From assembly GCA_049294015.1 (NCBI GenBank), contig JBAQCH010000385.1:1111-65110 (forward strand): 64,000 nt of DNA. Reading direction: 5' to 3'. A model generated the notes under the pieces. The model saw only the letters and a program-made list of their open reading frames with translations, was not told the DNA's origin and made no database searches. Numbering within the stretch: the stretch's first letter is position 1; each line of letters opens with the position of its first letter. Shown one piece after another: positions 38,940 to 46,916 of the stretch. The DNA is from Anaerolineae bacterium. GTDB lineage: Bacteria > Chloroflexota > Anaerolineae > JAAEKA01. A program made the position numbers and the translations under genes.

Positions 38940-39446
38940 ATGAGCGAACTTTTGGTCTTTGCTTTTGACAACCCGGACGGCGCCAACGCCATGGTTGGCA
39001 CCCTCCAGAGCCTGCAAAAGCAGCAACTGATCCAACTGGCCGACGCCGCCGTCGTCGTGCGCAAGCCCGACGGCAAGGCCAAGGTCAAGCAACTGAACAG
39101 CCTGGTCGGCGCCGGCGCGCTGGGCGGCGCGTTCTGGGGCATGTTGATCGGCCTGCTGTTCTTCATGCCCTGGCTGGGGTTGGCCATCGGCGCGATCAGC
39201 GGCGCGATCGCCGGCAAGTTGAGCGACGTGGGCATTGACGACAATTTCATCAAGGAAGTCGGCGCCGCCATCGAGCCCAACCACTCGGCGCTGTTCCTGA
39301 TGGTGGCAAGCATGACTGAGGACAAGGTCTTCGAGGCGCTGACCCAGCACAAGGCCACGGTGCTGCGCACCAACCTGAGCGCTGAGGACGAGGCCAAGCT
39401 GCGCGAGGCTTTCTCGGGCCACGATGAAACGCCCGTTGAGGCGTAG
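38940..39446 (+). CDS. DUF1269-family membrane protein (Gly-zipper TM)
   Basis: MSELLVFAFDNPDGANAMV...; GxxxG-rich TM segment; AAGGAG RBS. Confidence 0.65.
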   Translation: MSELLVFAFDNPDGANAMVGTLQSLQKQQLIQLADAAVVVRKPDGKAKVKQLNSLVGAGALGGAFWGMLIGLLFFMPWLGLAIGAISGAIAGKLSDVGIDDNFIKEVGAAIEPNHSALFLMVASMTEDKVFEALTQHKATVLRTNLSAEDEAKLREAFSGHDETPVEA

Positions 39447-39508
39447 TCGCACCGCCAAGACCCTTCGGGTTTGCCGTAAACCCAAAGGGTCTGGAAGCGA
39501 GGAAAACA

Positions 39509-40057
39509 ATGTTACGCAGAGATGATCGACAGGAGAGGCGCGAGGAGCGCCGCGAAGGTGGCAGCGGTAAGACCCACTACCAAATGCGTCAAAAGATGTT
39601 CGCTATCGGCGACGACTTCTGGATCGAGAACGACCGCGGCGAGCGAGTCTACAAGGTCGATGGCAAGGCGCTGCGCATCCGCAGCACGCTGGTGCTGGAG
39701 GACCGCAGCGGCCGCGAGGTAGCCAGGATCCAGGAGCGCATGCTGCGCATCAAGGATAGCATGGAGATCGAAGACGCCAACGGCCAGCGGGTAGGCATGG
39801 TCAAGAAGGCTCTGATCACGCCGATTCGCGATCGCTGGGTGGTCAAGATCAAGGACGGCCCCGATCTGGACGTGCAGGGCAACATCCTGGACCACGAGTA
39901 CACCATCGGCGAGGGCCGCGACAAAGTGGCCGAGGTGTCCAAGAAGTGGTTCCGTATTCGTGACAGCTACGGCATCGAGATCGAGCCGGGCCAGGACGAC
40001 GCCGTGATCTTGATGGTCGCCGTCGCCATCGACGAGATGGCCCATCCTTCCCGTTAG
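39509..40057 (+). CDS. LURP-one-related (DUF567, tubby C-terminal-like) protein
   Basis: MFAIGDDFWIENDRGERVYKVDGKALRIRSTLVLEDRSGREVARIQERMLRI matches the LOR-family pattern. Confidence 0.6.
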   Translation: MLRRDDRQERREERREGGSGKTHYQMRQKMFAIGDDFWIENDRGERVYKVDGKALRIRSTLVLEDRSGREVARIQERMLRIKDSMEIEDANGQRVGMVKKALITPIRDRWVVKIKDGPDLDVQGNILDHEYTIGEGRDKVAEVSKKWFRIRDSYGIEIEPGQDDAVILMVAVAIDEMAHPSR

Positions 40058-40069
40058 GAGAGAAGCACT

Positions 40070-40498
40070 ATGCTCAAGTTTGGACCTGTGGATGTAGTGG
40101 TGCTGGCGGCTGGCGAGCCGCGCTTCAACGGCAGCATCTTTGCTGCGCTGGAGCGCCAGGCAGCGGCCGGCACGATCCGCGTGCTGGACGCCATGCTGCT
40201 GATGAAGGACGACGCAGGCGAGGCCTGGCGCATCGATCTGGAAGACCTGACCGATGAAGAGAAGGCCGCCTTAGGCTTCATCGAGACGGAGACGCGTGGT
40301 CTGTTCGACTCCGACGACGCCGGCGTGCTGTTCGAGGGCATGGTGCCCGGCTCGGCCGTGGTGGCCCTGGCCATTGAACACACCTGGGCCGTCGAGTTGG
40401 TCAACGCAGTCTATGACGCTGGCGTGGAGCTGGCCTTCCAGTTCCGCGTGCCGGCGGTCGTCGTCGACGAGGCCTACGCCTCGCTGGAAGCTAATTGA
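40070..40498 (+). CDS. tandem DUF1269-N-like soluble domain protein
   Basis: two repeats resembling the N-terminal soluble domain of the 38940 product; AGGAGAGAAG RBS. Confidence 0.5.
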   Translation: MLKFGPVDVVVLAAGEPRFNGSIFAALERQAAAGTIRVLDAMLLMKDDAGEAWRIDLEDLTDEEKAALGFIETETRGLFDSDDAGVLFEGMVPGSAVVALAIEHTWAVELVNAVYDAGVELAFQFRVPAVVVDEAYASLEAN

Positions 40499-40509
40499 CG
40501 GAGGTTATC

Positions 40510-40818
40510 ATGCCAGGACTAGTACGAGGAATGGCCCGCACCGCCGCTGTGGTGGGCACCGCCACCGCCACCCGCAACGCCGTCAATCGCCGGCAGGCTG
40601 ACAAGAACATGGCGGCCTACTCGCAAGCCGCGGCCAACAACGCTCCGCAGCAGCAGGTCGTCTACGCTGCGCCGCCGCAGGAGTACATTCCTGCGCAGGC
40701 GCCAGCCATGCAGGAGGATGTCATCACCCAGCTTGAGCGCCTGGGCGCGCTCAAGGCGCAGGGGTTGCTGACCGAAGAGGAATTCGCCGCACAGAAGGCT
40801 AAGCTGCTGGGGCTTTGA
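40510..40818 (+). CDS. SHOCT-domain protein
   Basis: C-terminal DVITQLERLGALKAQGLLTEEEFAAQKAKLLGL; MPGLVRGMARTAAVVGTATA N-terminus; GGAGG RBS. Confidence 0.6.
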   Translation: MPGLVRGMARTAAVVGTATATRNAVNRRQADKNMAAYSQAAANNAPQQQVVYAAPPQEYIPAQAPAMQEDVITQLERLGALKAQGLLTEEEFAAQKAKLLGL

Positions 40819-40830
40819 TCGAACTGAACT

Positions 40831-40864
40831 GCCCTTTGGGCTGTGACGCCGCAGCCCAAAGGGC
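40831..40864 (+). terminator. rho-independent terminator
   Basis: gccctttgggctg / cagcccaaagggc stem followed by ttctttcattt. Confidence 0.55.
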
Positions 40865-40877
40865 TTCTTTCATTTGG

Positions 40878-41007
40878 GTGTGTTCAAAGTAGGTTGAGTC
40901 CCCCTCCGGCTCGTAGGACGATTTTCCAAATCGTCCGTTCTTGTGGCCGTGAGGCGGACGATTTGGAAAATCGTCCTACGCAGGCTCAACCCATTTTGAA
41001 CACACCC
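40878..41007. mobile_element. MITE-like nested inverted-repeat element flanked by 11-bp direct repeat CTTTCATTTGG
   Basis: terminal IRs gtgtgttcaaagtaggttgag / ctcaacccattttgaacacac; two internal inverted hairpin units (ggacgattttccaaatcgtcc / ggacgatttggaaaatcgtcc); flanking direct repeats at 40867-77 and 41008-18. Confidence 0.45.
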
Positions 41008-41124
41008 CTTTCATTTGGCGATGTCGCACGGAAAGGAGGCGCAACGGGTAAGAACACCCTGGTCCACGTCAATTGTTTGTATCCTCGCCGCGTCCCCGGC
41101 TAATTCTTGCAAGGAGCGACCATC

Positions 41125-41772
41125 ATGAATCCTGATTCTTTCTTCGCGATGGCCTGCGCCAGCCTGATCGCCTTCATGTTCGGCCTGGTGCTCTGTTTCG
41201 GCGGCTATCGCTTCTTTCTCATCCTGCTGCCCATCTGGGGCTTCTTTTTTGGCCTGGTCTTCGGGGCCCAGTCGATGCAGATGCTGTTCGGCGCGGGGTT
41301 CCTTGCCACCGTGACCAGTTGGGTGGCTGGCTTCGTGGTCGGCGCGATCTTCGCCGTGCTGTCCTATTTCTTCTACTTCTTCGCCGTGGTGTTGATCGGC
41401 GCAGCGCTGGGCTATACAGCCGCCACCGGGCTTCTGCTGGCCATTGGCATGGATATGGGCTTCCTGGTCTGGATCGTCGGCGTCGTAGCTGCCGTCGCGA
41501 TGGCCTTCGTCACCATCCGCTTCAACCTGCAGAAGTGGGTCATCATCATCGCCACCAGCCTGCTGGGCGCGGGCGTGATCTTCGGCGCCTTCGTGATCCT
41601 CTTCGCCCCGCACGCTGCGTTGATGGAGAACCCCATCAAGGTGGCCTTGCAGCAGTCGCCGCTGCTCCTGATCACGGCGCTGATCGTCGCCATCCTCGGC
41701 ATCGTCGTCCAGGTGCGCGCTAACCGCGCCTACACCCTCGAGACCTACAACCGTTGGGCTGAGCCGGTCTGA
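41125..41772 (+). CDS. DUF4203 (TM7S3/TMEM198-like) membrane protein
   Basis: 215 aa, 7 predicted TM; AAGGAG RBS. Confidence 0.55.
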   Translation: MNPDSFFAMACASLIAFMFGLVLCFGGYRFFLILLPIWGFFFGLVFGAQSMQMLFGAGFLATVTSWVAGFVVGAIFAVLSYFFYFFAVVLIGAALGYTAATGLLLAIGMDMGFLVWIVGVVAAVAMAFVTIRFNLQKWVIIIATSLLGAGVIFGAFVILFAPHAALMENPIKVALQQSPLLLITALIVAILGIVVQVRANRAYTLETYNRWAEPV

Positions 41773-41774
41773 GA

Positions 41775-41902
41775 GTGTCAGGTGTCAAGTGTCATAAGTG
41801 TCAGGTGTAGGGTGTCATGTGTCAAGTACCAAGTGTCAGGTGTCATGTGGCATGTTGAGCGTGCTGCGGGGCACCTGACACCCGACACCCGACACCTGAC
41901 AC
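41775..41902. repeat. GTGTCAR heptamer tandem-repeat tract with downstream inverted copy
   Basis: about 10 tandem gtgtca(g/a) units at 41775-41848; complementary cacctgacacccgacacccgacacctgacacc at 41871-41902. Confidence 0.6.
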
Positions 41903-41923
41903 CTTCCCACAAGGAGATTCCCC

Positions 41924-42217
41924 ATGTGCTGTCTATTCACTGTCCTGGTCTTTCTCGGCCCGCGCGCCGGCATTCTCGTCTGGTGGCTGCTTCAGCCGGC
42001 GCGTTGGCAGTTGGCTTTTGCCAACATGAGTTTCCTCATACCGCTCCTGGGCTTCGTCTTCGTGCCCTGGACGACCATCATGTACGTGCTGGTCTTTGCC
42101 GGCGGCGTCACCGGCTTCGATTGGGTGTGGCTGGGCCTCGGCCTGCTGGCTGACATCGCCTGGTGGTCGGGCGCGGCCGCGCGCCGGCGCGTTCCGGGCT
42201 ACACCGGCCAGTATTAG
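41924..42217 (+). CDS. small 3-TM membrane protein, divergent paralog of 16826/45803 family
   Basis: 97 aa; same TM topology and conserved W/P positions; AAGGAG RBS. Confidence 0.55.
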   Translation: MCCLFTVLVFLGPRAGILVWWLLQPARWQLAFANMSFLIPLLGFVFVPWTTIMYVLVFAGGVTGFDWVWLGLGLLADIAWWSGAAARRRVPGYTGQY

Positions 42218-42338
42218 GTCCACGTCGGCCTTACCTTGCGTGGAGTTCGCACGCCCACGTGCGAACTCCACGCGCGCCGGCGGCGCGTGAGCGGGGCATG
42301 TTTGCTTTGGGGTAAATCATCGCCTATAATGTCACATT

Positions 42339-45074
42339 ATGGGCACTACGGCGCTTGATATCCTTCGCACCAAACTGTATCGTCCTTCAGTCAGCGCAGA
42401 CTTCGTGCGCCGTCCCCGCTTGACCAGCTTGCTGGACCAGGGGCGCCATTTGCCGTTGACCCTGATCTCGGCGCCGGCCGGCTCAGGCAAAACCTCGCTG
42501 CTCAGCGACTGGCTCGCGGCCTGCCCTTGTCCTAGCGCGTGGCTGTCGTTGGACGAGGGCGACGGCGACTTGGTGGTTTTCCTCGACTACTTCGTCGCTG
42601 CGCTGCGCACCATCGTGCCGGGTGCTTGCCCACAGACGCTGGCCATCCTGAGCGCACCGGACTTTCCGCCGGTTTCAGTGTTGGCCGGCCTGTTGAGCAA
42701 CGAGATCGAGAGCCTGCACGATCACCCGGCGCTGGCCGCACACAAGGGCTTCGTGCTGGCGCTGGACGACTATCATCTCCTCTCCGGCCAAGCTGTCAAC
42801 AACTTGCTGGCCGAGTTGCTGCGCCATCCGCCGCGGTCTCTGCGCCTGATATTGGCCGCGCGCAGCGACCCGGCCCTGCCTTTAAGCTCACTGCGCGCCC
42901 ACCGCCAGGTAGTCGAGATTCGCCGGCAAGACCTGCGTTTCACGTTGGGCGAGGTGCGGCAATACATCCAGCAGGCGTTGCCACAGTCCGTCGACGAAGA
43001 TATGGTCGCCGTGTTGCACGACCGGACCGAGGGGTGGGTCACCGGGCTGGTGCTTGCCATCCTCTTTCTGCGCCATGCCCCGGACTCGGACGAGTTCCTG
43101 TCCGACTTGGCCGCCAACGAGCGCCTGGCCATGGACTACCTGGTGGACGAGGTACTCTCCCGCCAGCCCGAGGCGATTCAAGACTTCCTGCTCAAGACGT
43201 CGCTGCTGGACCGGTTGTACGGCCCGCTGTGCGAGGCCGTCACCGGCCTCAACGATCCGGTGCGCAATGGCCACGCCTATCTGGAATGGCTCGAACAGGC
43301 CAACCTCTTCATCGTGGCGCTGGATACCCAGGGCCAGTGGTTTCGCTACCATCACTTGTTCCAAAAGCTTCTGCAAAACAGGCTGCTGCGCCACGCTGGC
43401 CCGGTCCAGGTCGCCGAGCTGCACCGCCGGGCCAGCGCCTGGTTGGCCGGTAACGGCCTCGTCGAGGAGGCGATCGGCCATGCCCTGGCGGCCGGCGATG
43501 AAGCGGCCGCCGTGCAGATCATCGAGGAAAACCGCCACCAGGCCATGAACCAGGAGCGCTGGCAGCAGATCGAGACCTGGCTGCGGCTGCTGTCCCAGCG
43601 TCTGGTGGACGAACGACCAGAGCTGCTGCTCGCGGAAGCCTGGATTCAGCACAAGCAGTGGCGTTACGGCGACCTAGCTCCCTACCTGACGCGCATCGAG
43701 GCCCTGTTGCAAACCGCGGTCTTGCCAGAGGAGGGGCGCGCGCATCTGCAGGGTGAGGTCGATGTGTTGCACTGCGCGGTATCCTACTTTGCGATGGACG
43801 CGCAGCACACCTTCGAGCTGGCTGGCCGCGCTCTGCAAACTTTGCCTATGGAGTGCTCCATCGCCCGCGGGCTGGCCTGGATGTACTACGGCGGCGGGCT
43901 TCAGCAGATGGGGGATCACGACGGCGCGCGCGCCGCGCTACACCGGGGTCTGCAAGAGGATCGAGTCCACGGCGATTCGTTCGCGGCCCGTCTGCTGATT
44001 GGCCTGTGCCTGCTCGACTGGATGGCGGCGGATTTGGCGGATTTGAACCGGTCGGCGACGCAGTTACTCAGAATCGCCGGTGAGCGCCAACTGACCGAGA
44101 GCGCTGGCTGGGCGCGCTATTTTCAGGGCTGCGCGGCCTATCAGTGGAACGACCTGGCCGGCGCCGAGGAGGATTTCGCGTCCGTGGTAGGGCAGCGTTA
44201 CGTTGCGCACAGCGCGCCTTTCTCGCAGAGCTGCTATGGCCTGGCTGCGGCGTATCAGGCATCCGGCAAGGGCGATCAGGCGCAGGCCGTGGTCGAGTCG
44301 GTGCTGGTCTTCGCCTTGGAGATGAACAACACGCGCGTGCTGGCCGACGCCCGCGCGTTTCAGGCCTGGCTGGCGCTGCAACAAGGCCGGCCGGCCGAAG
44401 CGCAGCGCTGGGCAGAGTCGGTCGACCCGCACGCGCGGCTATTGCCTTTCTCTACGTTCTTCGTTCCCGCCATCGCCTTGGCGCAAGTGTTGCTGGACCA
44501 GCGGACGCCGGCCAGCTTGCGCCGGGCGTCCGAATTGCTGGAGCGCCTGCACGGCGCGGTCGCCAGCCAGCGCAGCGGGCGTTTCGCCGTCGAGGTACTG
44601 GCGCTGCAAGCCTGGCTGGACGACCTGCGGGGCGACGAGCCGGCTGCGCTGGCGGCCCTACAGCAGGCCGTGACGCTGGCCGAGCCGGACGGCATCGTGC
44701 GCGCCTTTGCCGACCTGGGACCGCACATGGCCGGGCTGCTGACGCGTCTGCGCCAGCAAGGGGTTGCCGTCGATTTCATTGGCCGCCTGCTGCGGGCCTT
44801 TCCGGGAGACTTGGCTGACAAGTTCGACCTATCCCGGTCTGCGCGCCCCAAAGCTCCCGCCACCAGCCTGGTCGAGCCGCTGACCTATCGCGAGATGGAG
44901 ATCCTCGAGCTGTTAGCCCAACGGCTCAGCGCCAAGGAGATCGCCGAGCGGCTGGTCATTTCCGACCGCACGGTCAAGCGCCACACCGCCAACATCTATC
45001 AGAAGCTCGACGTCCACGGTCGCCAGCAGGCAGTCGCGGAGGCCAGAAGCCTGGGGTTGCTTTCATCCGTTTGA
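42339..45074 (+). CDS. MalT-like LuxR-family transcriptional regulator (AAA ATPase + TPR + LuxR HTH)
   Basis: 911 aa; RTKLYRP start; Walker A APAGSGKTS; C-terminal LTYREMEILELLAQRLSAKEIAERLVISDRTVKRHTANIYQKL. Confidence 0.85.
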   Translation: MGTTALDILRTKLYRPSVSADFVRRPRLTSLLDQGRHLPLTLISAPAGSGKTSLLSDWLAACPCPSAWLSLDEGDGDLVVFLDYFVAALRTIVPGACPQTLAILSAPDFPPVSVLAGLLSNEIESLHDHPALAAHKGFVLALDDYHLLSGQAVNNLLAELLRHPPRSLRLILAARSDPALPLSSLRAHRQVVEIRRQDLRFTLGEVRQYIQQALPQSVDEDMVAVLHDRTEGWVTGLVLAILFLRHAPDSDEFLSDLAANERLAMDYLVDEVLSRQPEAIQDFLLKTSLLDRLYGPLCEAVTGLNDPVRNGHAYLEWLEQANLFIVALDTQGQWFRYHHLFQKLLQNRLLRHAGPVQVAELHRRASAWLAGNGLVEEAIGHALAAGDEAAAVQIIEENRHQAMNQERWQQIETWLRLLSQRLVDERPELLLAEAWIQHKQWRYGDLAPYLTRIEALLQTAVLPEEGRAHLQGEVDVLHCAVSYFAMDAQHTFELAGRALQTLPMECSIARGLAWMYYGGGLQQMGDHDGARAALHRGLQEDRVHGDSFAARLLIGLCLLDWMAADLADLNRSATQLLRIAGERQLTESAGWARYFQGCAAYQWNDLAGAEEDFASVVGQRYVAHSAPFSQSCYGLAAAYQASGKGDQAQAVVESVLVFALEMNNTRVLADARAFQAWLALQQGRPAEAQRWAESVDPHARLLPFSTFFVPAIALAQVLLDQRTPASLRRASELLERLHGAVASQRSGRFAVEVLALQAWLDDLRGDEPAALAALQQAVTLAEPDGIVRAFADLGPHMAGLLTRLRQQGVAVDFIGRLLRAFPGDLADKFDLSRSARPKAPATSLVEPLTYREMEILELLAQRLSAKEIAERLVISDRTVKRHTANIYQKLDVHGRQQAVAEARSLGLLSSV

Positions 45075-45343
45075 CGTGCAGCGGGGGACTGAACCGCGCA
45101 CCCTGCACCTGGCGGTTGGCCACCCGTGGGTTGAGTAGCCGCCTGCGGCGTATCGAAACCCACGGGTGGCCAACCACCTGAGTCCTACACCTTTTTTGCG
45201 CACTTTCGGCTCTTGTTTCGACCGGGGGGGCATGATAGTCTGATGGCGCGGCTGAATCGCATCAGGCCGTAGCGCGCGGGGTCAGGCTGGCGAGTCTGCC
45301 TGACCACCATCTCTACGCTCAGGATCGACCAGGGGCCAAGCCG

Positions 45344-45658
45344 ATGCCAAGCAAGAAACGGATCACCATCGATTCCCCCGCCGCCTATGAACTCCGCCTT
45401 CAGGGTCGTCTGGACCAGCGCTGGTCCGAGTACCTGGGCGGCGTCGAGATTCGGGTCGAAAGCGCACCCGACGAGGCGCCTGTGACGGTGGTCATCGGCA
45501 GATTCCAGGACCAGGCCGCGCTGGCCGGCGCGCTGAACCTGCTCTACGATCTTGGCCTGCCGCTGCTTTCGGTCGAGTGTCTCGACGATCCGCAGCGCAG
45601 GCTGACCCCACTGCCGGCGCTTGCGTCGGCTGCTTTGGCCGCCCAGCCGTCCGGCTAA
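45344..45658 (+). CDS. small soluble protein of unknown function (paralog of 16445)
   Basis: 104 aa; conserved C-terminal DQAALAGALNLLYDLGLPLLSVECL. Confidence 0.55.
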   Translation: MPSKKRITIDSPAAYELRLQGRLDQRWSEYLGGVEIRVESAPDEAPVTVVIGRFQDQAALAGALNLLYDLGLPLLSVECLDDPQRRLTPLPALASAALAAQPSG

Positions 45659-45802
45659 CTGGGCGCGACCGCGGCGTTGCAATGGAGATCGCTGAGCCCA
45701 TGACATCGGAATAGCTCACCCGTACCACTGAACCGCTCGGCATCGCGGGCTCGGTCTGGAGACCGGCCCGAGCAGCTATTCTCAAATCAGGAGGACTACA
45801 CC

Positions 45803-46144
45803 ATGCCTTGTCTCTTCGCTATGATGGCCGGCTTCTTTCCCCGCCTGGCGACGCTGTTGCTCTGGATCGCTCGCCCCAACATGGTCAGCAACGCCTTCAA
45901 CGGCTGGCTGTTGCCGATCCTGGGCATCATCTTCTTGCCCTTCACCACGCTGATGTACATCATTCTGATGCAGGGCGTCGGTGGCCTGACCGGCTTGGAC
46001 TGGATGTGGCTGATCCTGGCCGTTCTGCTGGACCTGATGCACTACTCCAGCACCGCCTACTCCAACCGCAACCAGATCCCCGGCTACAAGGCTGCGCCGA
46101 CCACGCCGCCGGCCACACCGCCCCCACCCCCTGCGCCGATGTGA
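45803..46144 (+). CDS. small 3-TM membrane protein (paralog of 16826)
   Basis: 113 aa; about 80% identical to the 16826 product; CAGGAGG RBS. Confidence 0.65.
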   Translation: MPCLFAMMAGFFPRLATLLLWIARPNMVSNAFNGWLLPILGIIFLPFTTLMYIILMQGVGGLTGLDWMWLILAVLLDLMHYSSTAYSNRNQIPGYKAAPTTPPATPPPPPAPM

Positions 46145-46304
46145 GTTCTCAGCGCCAGCCGCTTAACGACAGGCCCAGAAACCGGGTTTTGCTCCTGCGA
46201 CCACTTCTCACAAGGAACACGCCGCAACCGTTGATTAGCGTGAACACGAGTCGCGAGATCAAAACCCGGTTTCCTTTGACACAACATACAAATGAGTTGA
46301 ACCC

Positions 46305-46790
46305 ATGAACAAACCTTCCCATCGGACACTGTTGCTAGCCTGCCTGGCCGTTGTGCTGGTCGCTGGCGTAGCCTGCTATCCACCGGCCACACCGGTTCCC
46401 CCCGCCGCGCCGCCTCCCCCCGCGGCGTCCTCCAACGTCATCACGAACATCCTCTGGAAGTGGCAAACCCTGAACGATGTGGCAGCCGGCACGTCGATGC
46501 GGGTGGACGATGCGAACAAGTACACCATCGTCTTCTATGCCGACGGCACAACCAGGGGCCAGGCCGACTGCAACACCTTCTCCGGCGCCTATTCGCAGGC
46601 CAACGGCTTTACGATCGCCGTAACGCCCGACGTCATGGCGGCCTGTGACCTGGGGTCAATGGACCAACAATACCTGAACTTGCTGGGCGATGTCGCCGCC
46701 GGGGGTTCGGATGGCGCTGGTGGCCTGATGTTGCAGACGGCCGGCGGCGCACAGCAGATGCTGTTCAGCAACGGCGGCCCTGCGCAGTAG
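46305..46790 (+). CDS. META/HslJ-like domain lipoprotein (paralog of 29230)
   Basis: lipoprotein signal LLLACLAVVLVAGVAC; META domain (ADCNTFSGAYSQANGFTIAV...QQYLNLLGDVAAGG). Confidence 0.65.
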   Translation: MNKPSHRTLLLACLAVVLVAGVACYPPATPVPPAAPPPPAASSNVITNILWKWQTLNDVAAGTSMRVDDANKYTIVFYADGTTRGQADCNTFSGAYSQANGFTIAVTPDVMAACDLGSMDQQYLNLLGDVAAGGSDGAGGLMLQTAGGAQQMLFSNGGPAQ

Positions 46791-46916
46791 TCTTTCGAGC
46801 GACAAGCCACGGCCGGATAGACCTGCTCTGACCCGATCAGGGCAGATCTGCCAGTTTCCAGTTCGATCAGTGGCTGATCGCAGCCGCTGATTATATTTCT
46901 TGAAAGGAGAAAGCTC

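Noticed and set aside
41775-41902. Considered whether the GTGTCAR repeat tract is a CRISPR array
   Set aside because: The units are 7 nt with no spacers of unique sequence and there are no cas genes; it is a simple tandem repeat or hairpin.
42888-43652. 254-aa minus-strand ORF inside LuxR no. 2
   Set aside because: Antisense artefact.
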